This document shows, one piece after another, positions 10,280-19,470 of a stretch of 64,000 bases of DNA. The notes below the pieces were generated by a model. That model saw only the letters and a program-made list of their open reading frames with translations. It was not told where the DNA came from and ran no database searches. Positions within the stretch are counted from its first letter, which is position 1, and each line of letters opens with the position of its first letter. Made by a program: the position numbers and the translations under genes. This DNA comes from a virus: positions 1-64,000 of IMG/VR virus record IMGVR_UViG_3300020472_000016; one strand, 5' to 3'.

Positions 10280-10958
10280 TCCTGATATCTATAGGACAGA
10301 TGATAGACCTAGGGTATGGCGTGGTGTTATATCATTAGGTATCGTCACATGGCAGGATGCCCAGGATGCCCTGAATCAACCATGGAATCATATAGTCACA
10401 GTCATAGGTGATGATGGTAAACGCATAGAACTTGATACAGTAGAGGAACCATGGTGGTATAAAGGTATTAGTAAGAAGGAAGAACTCTTCCACCTTGCCA
10501 ACTCTGGATATACTGTTAATATATGTCAGTACGGTCATGGTAATACTCATGTTGAGCATTTACTAGCAGAGATAGAGCAGTCATTTGATGGATGCTGTGA
10601 CTGTCATATCTTTATTACAAATGGTAAAGACAACAGACATCCATCATTCTCACCACACTGGGATCACCCATCTAATTTTATAATACAAATGGAAGGGCAC
10701 ACTCGGTGGCAGGTCTACAAGAACAGAGCATCTGCATTGATACCACTATCAGATACTAATGCTCAAGTCAATCCTGATGATTTGGAAATAGACATAGACA
10801 CTGTACTAAATCCAGGTGATCTGCTATACTTTCCTAGTAGGGCATATCATAACACCAGACACACTCTTGGTAGCAGATTGTCATTGAGCATTCCACTCTG
10901 GTCACCCAAGAGATGTGAGTGCAGTGACCGTAGTTACTACACCTTAGAGCGATCATAA
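10251..10958 (+). CDS. JmjC/cupin-4-like oxygenase, paralog of 9064..9768
   Basis: SFSPHWD...QMEG.TRWQV, LNPGDLLYFPSRAYH, RLSLS. Confidence 0.8.
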   Translation: MLITNPEFLNPDIYRTDDRPRVWRGVISLGIVTWQDAQDALNQPWNHIVTVIGDDGKRIELDTVEEPWWYKGISKKEELFHLANSGYTVNICQYGHGNTHVEHLLAEIEQSFDGCCDCHIFITNGKDNRHPSFSPHWDHPSNFIIQMEGHTRWQVYKNRASALIPLSDTNAQVNPDDLEIDIDTVLNPGDLLYFPSRAYHNTRHTLGSRLSLSIPLWSPKRCECSDRSYYTLERS

Positions 10959-10973
10959 TTGTGATCAGTTTCT

Positions 10974-10980
10974 CTAAATA
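10974..10980 (+). promoter_or_regulatory. Possible late promoter CTAAATA
   Basis: Late-promoter variant directly before ATG 10986. Confidence 0.4.
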
Positions 10981-10985
10981 ATAAC

Positions 10986-11180
10986 ATGTACCACCACAAG
11001 CAGATGAACTATGCGGAAGTAGGGTGTTTAACCTTACAAGAAGAACACAGAGAGATTATTAAGAAGGCACTTTTCTATTTACAGAAAGAGTGCTATACTA
11101 AGTATGGGAAAATTTCTGATGAGAAACGGAGATTAATTAGTGAAATTGCCACCGCCCTCCATCTCGAACCTAAGAGTTGA
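10986..11180 (+). CDS. Hypothetical protein
   Basis: 64-aa ORF in a dense operon. Confidence 0.55.
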   Translation: MYHHKQMNYAEVGCLTLQEEHREIIKKALFYLQKECYTKYGKISDEKRRLISEIATALHLEPKS

Positions 11181-11661
11181 GGACAACTTCTTAGAGGAGA
11201 CAGATCACAAAGAACTGTTAGCATTGTTGACATCATGGGAGTTCCCATGGTTCTATCAACAGACACTAACTGCTGGTCATGATGATCTACAAGCATTTGG
11301 ATTTAACCATTGGTTAAGTGCTGAGGAACACCCTGCTTATGCGAACCTGGTCACTCAGATGGAATCTGCCCTCGATGCCTGTAAATGTTTGCGTGTTCGT
11401 GCAGACATGACATTATATAATCCTAATGGTTATCAGCATGCATATCATGTAGATTCTGAAGAGGATCACATGGTGTGTATATACTATGTAAATGATAGTG
11501 ATGGTGATACATTAATCAGACAGGATGAATTCCATGAGGTGTGGCATGTACCACCTAGAGCGAACAGACTATTAATATTCCATGGTAAATACTATCACAC
11601 AGGACACTCTCCTGTTAAACATAAGTCAAGGATTCTAATCAATGCTAACTTCACTGTATGA
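11140..11661 (+). CDS. Fe(II)/2OG oxygenase (FPWF type)
   Basis: FPWF, YHVD (HxD), IYYVNDSDGDT, YHTGHSP...RILIN. Confidence 0.85.
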   Translation: MKLPPPSISNLRVEDNFLEETDHKELLALLTSWEFPWFYQQTLTAGHDDLQAFGFNHWLSAEEHPAYANLVTQMESALDACKCLRVRADMTLYNPNGYQHAYHVDSEEDHMVCIYYVNDSDGDTLIRQDEFHEVWHVPPRANRLLIFHGKYYHTGHSPVKHKSRILINANFTV

Positions 11662-11813
11662 ATAGTACAACCTATCACATATACAAGGATGGACAAGTCC
11701 TTGCTCACTCACTTGATGAAGATCAGGTTGAGAAACTCAAAGAACTACTACATATAGAACCTGAGGTAGTTCCAGTCCACGAACCAAATCACGACATCGA
11801 ACCTAGTTACTAA
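11658..11813 (+). CDS. Small hypothetical protein (51 aa, MNSTTYHIYKDG...)
   Basis: Translated by hand; ATGA overlap, fills the gap between genes. Confidence 0.55.
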   Translation: MNSTTYHIYKDGQVLAHSLDEDQVEKLKELLHIEPEVVPVHEPNHDIEPSY

Positions 11814-11818
11814 TTATT

Positions 11819-12445
11819 ATGACTGATTCTAACATTTTATCTGCGAATCTTGAGGATGCAATAGATCATGAAACCTATGGATTATTCATGACTCCAGTAA
11901 CAAAATATGGTATGTCAGAATTCATTGATCCATGTTTAGAATGGTGTAAGAATCAGGATTTTGTTGATGTTGCTGAAAGACAAGTATTATGTCACAATGT
12001 GCAACAAATAGGTGCAAAGAATCAAATACTCCAGGATGTCCCAGGATTAAAGACAGAACTATTAAGAGTAGCAGAGAAACATAACGATTCAGGTTTAAAC
12101 TATGCTACAGGATTTGATGTATCTGATTGTTTCGTAGAGGTTGCACATGCAGGTGCTATCTATGCACCACATGAACATGCTAATTGTTTATTTAGTGGTA
12201 CGTTCTTAATTAACTATGAAGCAGAGAAACATAGTTATCTTAAGTTTAAACGTAATGTGATGAGTCAAATGTATCCTATTATGATGCTACCATTTAAGAA
12301 CATGACAGCATTTAATTTACAGGAAGCAACTATACCTTATAAGAATGGTGATTGTATCATATACCCTGCTAATTTAACTCATGGGTATGAATCAAACATG
12401 ACAGATAACAGGATAGCATTAACATTTAATATTATCCCTGTATGA
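11819..12445 (+). CDS. Fe(II)/2OG oxygenase, TIGR02466-like
   Basis: LFMTPV, PHEHANCLFSG, IYPANLTHG, RIALTFN. Confidence 0.8.
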   Translation: MTDSNILSANLEDAIDHETYGLFMTPVTKYGMSEFIDPCLEWCKNQDFVDVAERQVLCHNVQQIGAKNQILQDVPGLKTELLRVAEKHNDSGLNYATGFDVSDCFVEVAHAGAIYAPHEHANCLFSGTFLINYEAEKHSYLKFKRNVMSQMYPIMMLPFKNMTAFNLQEATIPYKNGDCIIYPANLTHGYESNMTDNRIALTFNIIPV

Positions 12446-13092
12446 CTGACACATTAGTGCCATTGTTTTCATCACCTCTGTATATTTCAGAGGATAATGA
12501 TACTATGCCTGATATTATGCCAGAGTTAGCATCATCAGGCATAGTAAAAGGTGGATGGGAAGGTACATTACCCAACTCATTTAGATCTATTGAGTTAACA
12601 CATAGTAATGGTGGATCACAGTCAGTAGATAATAATATACTGGATAGATTTCCAGAACTGAAACAATGGGTAATGAAGCATGTAAATATATACTGCTTTG
12701 ATATAATGGAGATTGATAGTGATAGTCACACTGTCGATATTGTATGCTCTTGGTTAAATGTACATCCTCAATTTGCTCGTGCCCCCAGACACACTCATCG
12801 TAACTCTTGTTATTCTGGTACATTTTATATCAAAACATTTGATGGTTGTGGTGAACTAATATTTGAGAGATCAGATCATCAAATATTATGTCCTACATAT
12901 TCACATCAGAATGTATACAATAGTTCTTCATGGACGATAACACCTAAGGATGGAACTATGTTATTATTTCCATCATCAGTTATGCATTATGTACAACCTA
13001 ATGAGATAATGGATGAGAGAGTATCTATAGCATTTAATGTTATTGTAAGAGGTGAATTTGGTAATCCAACTTCATATTTAAAAATACAATGA
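12442..13092 (+). CDS. Fe(II)/2OG oxygenase, TIGR02466-like
   Basis: LFSSPL, SWLN...HTH.N..YSGTFY, LFPSSVMHYV, RVSIAFN. Confidence 0.85.
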   Translation: MTDTLVPLFSSPLYISEDNDTMPDIMPELASSGIVKGGWEGTLPNSFRSIELTHSNGGSQSVDNNILDRFPELKQWVMKHVNIYCFDIMEIDSDSHTVDIVCSWLNVHPQFARAPRHTHRNSCYSGTFYIKTFDGCGELIFERSDHQILCPTYSHQNVYNSSSWTITPKDGTMLLFPSSVMHYVQPNEIMDERVSIAFNVIVRGEFGNPTSYLKIQ

Positions 13093-13433
13093 GCACACCT
13101 ATTTTCTTAGCAAACGCAGTAGCATTGGAGATTAGAAACATTATGAGATCATTAGAAAAGGGCATGAAAGTGAGATTTGATGGTGATGAAGGTGTTATAA
13201 ACTTCATTGGTGATGATTATATAACTATCACTACAAATAGATGGAAAGATGATGGTTATAGGTCAGGATATAGGGAGACTAATGTATTAGTTTATGCAAA
13301 GGATTGGGATAACTTAGAGATAGAAGATGAGCATTTTTATAATCATCCTGATTATAAAGGTAAGATAAGTGAACATCCTGGTAATGAATCGTTACCTGAG
13401 GATATAACTGGGAAGAAACCAAATGTCACATAG
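13089..13433 (+). CDS. Hypothetical protein
   Basis: 114-aa coupled ORF. Confidence 0.6.
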   Translation: MSTPIFLANAVALEIRNIMRSLEKGMKVRFDGDEGVINFIGDDYITITTNRWKDDGYRSGYRETNVLVYAKDWDNLEIEDEHFYNHPDYKGKISEHPGNESLPEDITGKKPNVT

Positions 13434-13677
13434 TCACACACAAGATGGTAAAAAGGTTGATACATCACAAGTAGAATTTGATAAGAGTGGTAGTGTTGAT
13501 GAACATGGATTTAGTGTTAGACCACCAATTAGTGATAGAGAATGCATCTATAAAGCATTAGATAATGCTAGACAATTAGCAGGACTAGATAGAAAACAAG
13601 TAGCACGATTGTGTGACCAGTTTGAGACAATGAGTGATGACATTGAGTCAATAGAAAGTGAGTACCCACCATTATGA
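13423..13677 (+). CDS. Hypothetical protein
   Basis: 84-aa coupled ORF. Confidence 0.6.
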   Translation: MSHSHTQDGKKVDTSQVEFDKSGSVDEHGFSVRPPISDRECIYKALDNARQLAGLDRKQVARLCDQFETMSDDIESIESEYPPL

Positions 13678-13955
13678 TTTTTTGGATAGGATTTACATTA
13701 ATGTTCCTCAATGAGGGATTTGTAATGATGCGTCATGTATCACCATTCTTCTCTAGACTTAGAGATAAGGTGATTAATAAACTAGGTGATAAAGTGTGGT
13801 GGAGACTACATGGCACCCTAGATTGGTTATGGATAGCATTAGTAACTTGTGGATTAATAGTTAACTCTAATAGAATACTACACACAATAGTATTAGTAAC
13901 CTTCTGGACACTTGCGTGGTTAATATTCTATCTACCACGATGGATTAAGAAATGA
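13674..13955 (+). CDS. Small membrane protein
   Basis: 93 aa, Trp-rich, three hydrophobic segments. Confidence 0.6.
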   Translation: MIFWIGFTLMFLNEGFVMMRHVSPFFSRLRDKVINKLGDKVWWRLHGTLDWLWIALVTCGLIVNSNRILHTIVLVTFWTLAWLIFYLPRWIKK

Positions 13956-14080
13956 TTGAGAAGTATATTATACTCTCATTATTATACCTTGAGTATATTA
14001 CACAGAAACTACTCTGTTTACCATACAAACTGTATATTAAGTTTGATTATTGGAATTTTAATAGGAAATTACCTAAATAA
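13952..14080 (+). CDS. Small hypothetical protein (42 aa)
   Basis: Hand-translated MIEKYIILSLLYLE...; ATGA overlap. Confidence 0.45.
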   Translation: MIEKYIILSLLYLEYITQKLLCLPYKLYIKFDYWNFNRKLPK

Positions 14081-14104
14081 GTAGTAAGCAAATGGGATGC
14101 AGTC

Positions 14105-14263
14105 ATGTCAGTTCAGAGTAAAGTTAAAGGTGTATTTGTTAAGGTAGTTGAGTTTGATAAGAAGATAATTAAGAAGTGTCAGGATAAATGGGGACTGTCT
14201 GATTATCAGGTAGTTTGTATTAGTTTCCTTAAAGGATTTATTATTGGGGCAGTATTACTATGA
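14105..14263 (+). CDS. Small protein with C-terminal TM helix (52 aa)
   Basis: Hand-translated ...KCQDKWGLSDYQVVCISFLKGFIIGAVLL; CTAAATA at 14073-14079 upstream. Confidence 0.55.
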   Translation: MSVQSKVKGVFVKVVEFDKKIIKKCQDKWGLSDYQVVCISFLKGFIIGAVLL

Positions 14264-14439
14264 TACACTTTAATGAGAAAGATTTAGATCGTATGAAGAA
14301 AGCATGCGAGTATTATAAATCATTTGCACAACCTAATAATAGTATGGTTGAGGATTTTGAGAGATTAATTCATAAGATCCATAACTATGAGCATGACATA
14401 GAGTGTGATGACTGTGTATTATGTGAGTTGCATGCATGA
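14260..14439 (+). CDS. Small hypothetical protein (59 aa) with C-terminal CxxCxxC
   Basis: Hand-translated; ATGA overlaps on both sides. Confidence 0.55.
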   Translation: MIHFNEKDLDRMKKACEYYKSFAQPNNSMVEDFERLIHKIHNYEHDIECDDCVLCELHA

Positions 14440-14681
14440 CTGAGTTAACACCTGTTAATGTTAATGCAGCATTAGATGTGATGCGTCCCTACATAGAGGC
14501 AGATGGTGGGTATCTTGAGTTTGTTGAGATAGATTATATTGATGAAGGTCCAGTGGTTAAAGTACGACTGCTAGGTGCATGTAGCACATGCGCTATGAGT
14601 TCCCAGACTTTAAAGATGGGCATTGAGAGACAACTGCAAGAGGAGTTCCCTGAGATAGTGGAAGTCATACAGGTATTATAA
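14436..14681 (+). CDS. nifU: NifU C-terminal/Nfu-type Fe-S cluster carrier
   Basis: RPYIEADGG..E.V....V.VRLLGACSTCAMS..TLKMGIE..L: canonical NifU-C domain with CxxC. Confidence 0.9.
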   Translation: MTELTPVNVNAALDVMRPYIEADGGYLEFVEIDYIDEGPVVKVRLLGACSTCAMSSQTLKMGIERQLQEEFPEIVEVIQVL

Positions 14682-14735
14682 CCAGTTGACAAACTGTCCA
14701 CCATTTACCCCACTGGGTGTGTTTGTTGCTATACT
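14681..14735 (+). promoter_or_regulatory. Early-promoter cassette copy 1
   Basis: ACCAGTTGACAAACTGTCCAC, then TATACT 49 nt after motif start. Confidence 0.7.
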
Positions 14736-14759
14736 ATGTGAGTAGTCAACCAATTCTAC

Positions 14760-15053
14760 ATGACAGCATCAGTAGCAACACGTAAAACACGCTCTCGTAA
14801 AGCAACCAAAACAACTGCCAAGAGGAGTGTTATTAAAGTGACTGAAACACCAAAAACTGTTGCACCTGAACCACTATTAAAGTGGGAAGACTATAAGAAC
14901 GATGCGAAAATACGTTGGGAAATACATCAGTTTGAGACCAAAGAACTCTATAAAGATTGTGTCTGGGTCTACAACGAGTCTGTTCCTTATGTAAAGAAAG
15001 CATACAAATACGTTCTTGAGTCATACAACAGAGCATTTAATCCAGTCAACTAA
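14760..15053 (+). CDS. Hypothetical protein with basic N-terminal tail
   Basis: 97 aa, starts MTASVATRKTRSRKATKTTAKRS; directly behind the promoter cassette. Confidence 0.65.
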   Translation: MTASVATRKTRSRKATKTTAKRSVIKVTETPKTVAPEPLLKWEDYKNDAKIRWEIHQFETKELYKDCVWVYNESVPYVKKAYKYVLESYNRAFNPVN

Positions 15054-15096
15054 CTGGCACACACAACCCCCGCAAGGGGGTTTTTTAGTGTATTAT
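15041..15096 (+). promoter_or_regulatory. Early-promoter cassette copy 2
   Basis: TCCAGTCAACTAACTGGCACA, then TG-TATTAT 50 nt after motif start. Confidence 0.7.
15065..15086 (+). terminator. Rho-independent terminator embedded in the promoter cassette
   Basis: AACCCCC-GCAA-GGGGGTT stem with GNRA loop and T run, just after stop 15053. Confidence 0.8.
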
Positions 15097-15102
15097 TATA
15101 AA

Positions 15103-15152
15103 TGAGAGGCATAACGGATGCCGATCCCATAAGCAACTCGGATCTCCTCTCA
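15103..15152 (+). ncRNA. Candidate structured 5' leader/sRNA (three-way junction)
   Basis: TGAGAGG/CCTCTCA outer stem enclosing GCAT/ATGC and GATCC/GGATC hairpins; begins at the predicted +1. Confidence 0.45.
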
Positions 15153-15173
15153 CTACTATTCATTATTAACTAA

Positions 15174-16397
15174 GTGAACACAAGTTTAAGACCACATCAG
15201 CAACGTGCTTTGGACGCAATGAGCACTGCCGATCTAGGTCAAATCATTGTGCCTACGGGTGGTGGCAAGACATACATTATGATCTCTCATGCTAAACAGT
15301 TAGAGCGTGGGAGTACTATTGTAGTTGTTGCACCTCGTATATTATTAGCACGTCAATTGTGTGAGGATTTTAGATCACAAATAGATGCTAAGATCTTTCA
15401 TGCACATTCAGGTTACAGAGGTTATCAAGGTGGGACTGATCCCAACTGGATAGCACAATGGTGGGATACAAATAGAGATTATACTCGTATTATCTTTACT
15501 ACCTATCATTCATTACATAGAGTAATGCAAGCACAAGTATATGCAGATGTTGTATATTGTGATGAAGCACATAACAGTTGTGCTAAATCATTCTATGCAA
15601 GTATATTTGAGTTAGCACGATTCTCTGGTAAGAGATATTATTTTACTGCTACACCTCGTGTGTCTCGTAAACATTCTAGAGGCATGCACAATGAGGCAGT
15701 TTATGGTACAATACTATGTAATGTAGAAGCACAAGAGTTAATAGATCAAGGGACAATCCTTCCCCCTACAATTGTACCATTTGAGACAGATGGACATTAT
15801 AGTAAAGAGAAAGCACACGTACATCATGCTATTACAATAACATCTATACTAGATGAATTGGATGATGATAAGAGTGCTAAAGTGTTGGTAAGTGTGCCTA
15901 AGTCACGTGTACTTAACGACATGTTATCTCGTACTATATTATTACATGAGTTAAAAGATAGAGGATATCATGTATTACATGTAACCTCTAAGTTTGGTGC
16001 ATTTGTTGATGGTAAGAAGGTATCACGTGCAGTATTCATGGACACATTAAAAGAGTGGGGTTGTGATGATTCTATTCGTTTTGTGTGCTTCCATTATAGT
16101 ATACTAAGCGAGGGTATTAATGTTCCTGGATTAACTCATACTATCTTATTACGTTATCTAAATGTAGTTGAGATGGCACAGACTGTTGGTCGTGTTATAC
16201 GTCTACATACAGAAGATCGTGAAAAGATTAACAACGGAGAACTACAACCTTGTGAGTGGGGATTATATAAGAAACCCACTGGTTATGTAACAGTACCAGT
16301 ACATCCTAAGTATGGTGCACATGTAGTCAAGAGATTACAAAAGGTTGTTAACAGTATATTCATCGAAGGTGTTCCCCCTATTTCATTAATAACATAA
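15174..16397 (+). CDS. Superfamily 2 (DEAH) helicase, Res-III-like
   Basis: LRPHQ Q-motif, PTGGGKT, DEAH, TAT, SEGINVP, QTVGRVIR. Confidence 0.9.
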   Translation: MNTSLRPHQQRALDAMSTADLGQIIVPTGGGKTYIMISHAKQLERGSTIVVVAPRILLARQLCEDFRSQIDAKIFHAHSGYRGYQGGTDPNWIAQWWDTNRDYTRIIFTTYHSLHRVMQAQVYADVVYCDEAHNSCAKSFYASIFELARFSGKRYYFTATPRVSRKHSRGMHNEAVYGTILCNVEAQELIDQGTILPPTIVPFETDGHYSKEKAHVHHAITITSILDELDDDKSAKVLVSVPKSRVLNDMLSRTILLHELKDRGYHVLHVTSKFGAFVDGKKVSRAVFMDTLKEWGCDDSIRFVCFHYSILSEGINVPGLTHTILLRYLNVVEMAQTVGRVIRLHTEDREKINNGELQPCEWGLYKKPTGYVTVPVHPKYGAHVVKRLQKVVNSIFIEGVPPISLIT

Positions 16398-16999
16398 TGG
16401 GTCAAATACAAAATCTATTCCCTAAATTCTATTATCATGGTCATGTTGAGAGACATGATGAGTTAAAGCAGGTGTTACTTAGTGAGAGTACATCTGCTAA
16501 ACTCAGTCAACCTAAAGAATGGAATTGTAGTGTTACATCATCATTTGAGACTGACACTAATAGAGAAGATTTCAGTTGGGATTTATTCTTTGAGTGTATC
16601 AAAGATAATGTATTAGAGATGCACAACCAATTACATGGTCAAATGTTTAGTGAGGTGGTGTTATCTGAAGCATGGTTAAATGTATACTCTAGAGGTGATA
16701 GTCAAGAAGTACATACACATGTAGGTGGTGCTGATAGTACATTTAGTTGTGCATATTTTGTACAATATAATAAAGATAAGGATGCACAGTTTCTATTCTA
16801 TGATCCTAATCAAGAGAAACATCTAGGTAATTATAGTAAACACTATCCTGTGGAGAATACATGGTTTCCTGATGTTGTTGAGGGTGATATTATTATATTC
16901 CCTGCATACCTACATCATCAAGTAGAACCACAAAGAAGTGATACAAAACGTATCACAGTTAGTGCTAATTTTGGTATTAAAAAGAGGTTAGTAATGTGA
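16397..16999 (+). CDS. Fe(II)/2OG oxygenase, TIGR02466-like
   Basis: WLNVY...QEVHTH, FSCAYF, IFPAYLHHQV, RITVSAN. Confidence 0.85.
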   Translation: MGQIQNLFPKFYYHGHVERHDELKQVLLSESTSAKLSQPKEWNCSVTSSFETDTNREDFSWDLFFECIKDNVLEMHNQLHGQMFSEVVLSEAWLNVYSRGDSQEVHTHVGGADSTFSCAYFVQYNKDKDAQFLFYDPNQEKHLGNYSKHYPVENTWFPDVVEGDIIIFPAYLHHQVEPQRSDTKRITVSANFGIKKRLVM

Positions 17000-17523
17000 T
17001 AGAAACTATTGATGATTATTTCCCTAATTGGATGGTGCAGGATGTAGCAGAGTGGTTGACTGATTATTGTCCACTCTATTATAATAATGCACCTTATGGT
17101 GATTATAATAAGTCACGATTCTTAGGTAACACAGTTATTAGAAATAATGAGTTCACTGATACCTCACCATGGTATTGGTTCTTTGCATATATTAATGAAT
17201 GTGTTATTAAAGATATTGCTACACGTCCACAGTGTTCACATATTCATAGATTATTAGTTAATGGTCAAACTCCTGATATGATTAGTGAATTTCACACAGA
17301 CCACGATGTGCCTGCAACCTCTATAATATATCATGCATTTGGAGAGGATGGTGACACTGAGTTTGCAAATGGTAAAACTATACCATTTAAACAGGGACGT
17401 ATGGTAGTATTTGATAGCAGTCTTCACCATAGAGGCAACCCACCTTCTAAGGGTATGCGGTTGTCTTTAGGCATCATAGCACCTCACAAGGGTGTCCACG
17501 TTAACACAACCGACCCATGGTAA
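16996..17523 (+). CDS. Fe(II)/2OG oxygenase
   Basis: NGQT...FHTD (HxD), GDTEF, VFDS..HHRG.PP...R.SL. Confidence 0.8.
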   Translation: MIETIDDYFPNWMVQDVAEWLTDYCPLYYNNAPYGDYNKSRFLGNTVIRNNEFTDTSPWYWFFAYINECVIKDIATRPQCSHIHRLLVNGQTPDMISEFHTDHDVPATSIIYHAFGEDGDTEFANGKTIPFKQGRMVVFDSSLHHRGNPPSKGMRLSLGIIAPHKGVHVNTTDPW

Positions 17524-17744
17524 CAATGAATCACAGAATCGAAGTCAACAGTCAAGAGTGTTTTGCAGTTGTTAGAGCAAAGAATCTAACAGAGGAACTG
17601 ATCCAATTGTCCTCAAAATTAGAAAGACAAAGTTATGTTACAAAACTGCTCAAGAAACTGTACTCTGAACTAGACTATCAACATGAGTTACTCAAGAATC
17701 CATCACTCAAACAACTCAAATCCAATGATTCTTGGTTAGACTAA
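17517..17744 (+). CDS. Hypothetical protein
   Basis: 75-aa coupled ORF. Confidence 0.55.
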   Translation: MVTMNHRIEVNSQECFAVVRAKNLTEELIQLSSKLERQSYVTKLLKKLYSELDYQHELLKNPSLKQLKSNDSWLD

Positions 17745-17771
17745 ACAAACCCAATTCGCATAGGTGAATCA

Positions 17772-18908
17772 ATGACAACTAAACGAGGTGCTGGCAGTAC
17801 TGCCGACCATTACATCCAAGACACTGCTGAGATATACTTAGCAGCACGATTACAAGAGGAAGCAGAAAAGAATGGAGTTGCAATTAGTCACTGTTCAGCA
17901 GCACAAGAAGGACAATGGACAGAGTATGCCACATCACGCAATGTACTCTCTAAGTTCATTGGATCCAAGTATAAGACAAATGTTGATAAAACAGTCAGTG
18001 GAATTACATCTGATCTTATCAAGAAGTATCCTGGACGCAAGTTTTACTTTACATGCGTAGATGCTGAGTATAGAAATAAGAATCTAAAAGGTGATTTACT
18101 CATTACATTTGATAATTGTGAGCAAATATCTATCTCAGTTAAGAACTATAAGAATGGATATGATAGTTTACAAGTATGCTCAGGCACATTTAATAGTACT
18201 CTAGTTAACTTCTTATTTGAGAATACTGATTGTACACCAGGTACATATATTGGCACAGATAATAAGAAATTTAAAGGAAGTAAGAGATCAGTTAGAGATA
18301 GATATGTCAAAGAGATTGCACCACAGTTATTACCTTTCTTTTGGGAGTTAGATACAATTAATGATGATATTCGTTCATTCTATATTAATAGTGTAGAAGC
18401 AGAACATTGGGATAATGTATCATCTAAGTGGAAGGAAGATTGCACATCTATTGGTAAATCAGTAGCACAAACTGTGTGTGATGCGTTATCACTAATTGAC
18501 AACAAATTAGTGCTTAAAAGGTTACAGAAACAGACAGGAATTGTAGGTGATGAGCATCTACTTTGCATTGGTAAAGGTGAATACTTATTCTCACTAACTA
18601 ATGAGAAATATGAGACACTTAAGAATAGATTAACACATGCAAATAAGGTAGACATTCGTGTTAGTGGACAATCACTTTTCTATGATATATGTGATTTAGA
18701 TGGTATAATATTAACCATAAATCAACCATGTACTCTACAAAAGAATGGTGCTTGGCATGCACTTAATGAGGACAAATTTGATGGACTAAGAGAGAAGAAT
18801 GATAAGGGCAAGAAAGTATTACTTAAGTGGGGTCAACGTAGACCTGCTAAGAGTAAAGAACTTGCAACCTCAACTAACACTTACCTACGCATAAAACAGG
18901 CACTATAG
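17772..18908 (+). CDS. Putative PD-(D/E)xK-family (restriction-like) endonuclease
   Basis: 378 aa, Lys-rich; early helix Glu (TAE) and 'KGDLLI...SISVKNY' resembling the D...SxK variant active site. Confidence 0.45.
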   Translation: MTTKRGAGSTADHYIQDTAEIYLAARLQEEAEKNGVAISHCSAAQEGQWTEYATSRNVLSKFIGSKYKTNVDKTVSGITSDLIKKYPGRKFYFTCVDAEYRNKNLKGDLLITFDNCEQISISVKNYKNGYDSLQVCSGTFNSTLVNFLFENTDCTPGTYIGTDNKKFKGSKRSVRDRYVKEIAPQLLPFFWELDTINDDIRSFYINSVEAEHWDNVSSKWKEDCTSIGKSVAQTVCDALSLIDNKLVLKRLQKQTGIVGDEHLLCIGKGEYLFSLTNEKYETLKNRLTHANKVDIRVSGQSLFYDICDLDGIILTINQPCTLQKNGAWHALNEDKFDGLREKNDKGKKVLLKWGQRRPAKSKELATSTNTYLRIKQAL

Positions 18909-18909
18909 T

Positions 18910-19470
18910 ATGAAAACTCTGTTCCCTATACAATATCATCATGTACATATTAGAGACCATAAAGAAACATTTGGTAAACTATATGATTCATGCAAAGATA
19001 TATGTAAAGAGGTAGATGGTAAATGGAATTGTTCAGTTAATAGCACATTCTTTGATGAGAATGATATCGTAGCACCTGAACAATTGGGTGCATTGTTATC
19101 ACCTTACTTGTATCAATACTTCCCACCTGAAGTAGAATTAAAAATAGTTAATTCATGGTTAAATGTATACAATAAGGGACAACATCAAGAACCTCATCAT
19201 CATGTACAGTTTCCAGAGTTTATTAACTTTAGTGGTGTAATCTTCCTTAATTATGATAAAGAAAAGGATGCACCATTTTACTTTGAGAATATGAACTTAG
19301 ATCATACGATCTCAGGGTATACTCATATCTTTAAACAGAACCCCATCATGTACCCACAAGTAAGACAAGGTGATCTAATCGTCTTCCCTTCATTTGTGCG
19401 TCATGGTGTACTGTTACAGAAAGAGGATTCTAACCGTACCACATTATCATTTAATTTGGACGTGAGGTAG
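18910..19470 (+). CDS. Fe(II)/2OG oxygenase, TIGR02466-like
   Basis: SWLNVY...QEPHHH, FSGVIF, VFPSFVRHGV, RTTLSFN; close paralog of 16397..16999. Confidence 0.85.
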   Translation: MKTLFPIQYHHVHIRDHKETFGKLYDSCKDICKEVDGKWNCSVNSTFFDENDIVAPEQLGALLSPYLYQYFPPEVELKIVNSWLNVYNKGQHQEPHHHVQFPEFINFSGVIFLNYDKEKDAPFYFENMNLDHTISGYTHIFKQNPIMYPQVRQGDLIVFPSFVRHGVLLQKEDSNRTTLSFNLDVR

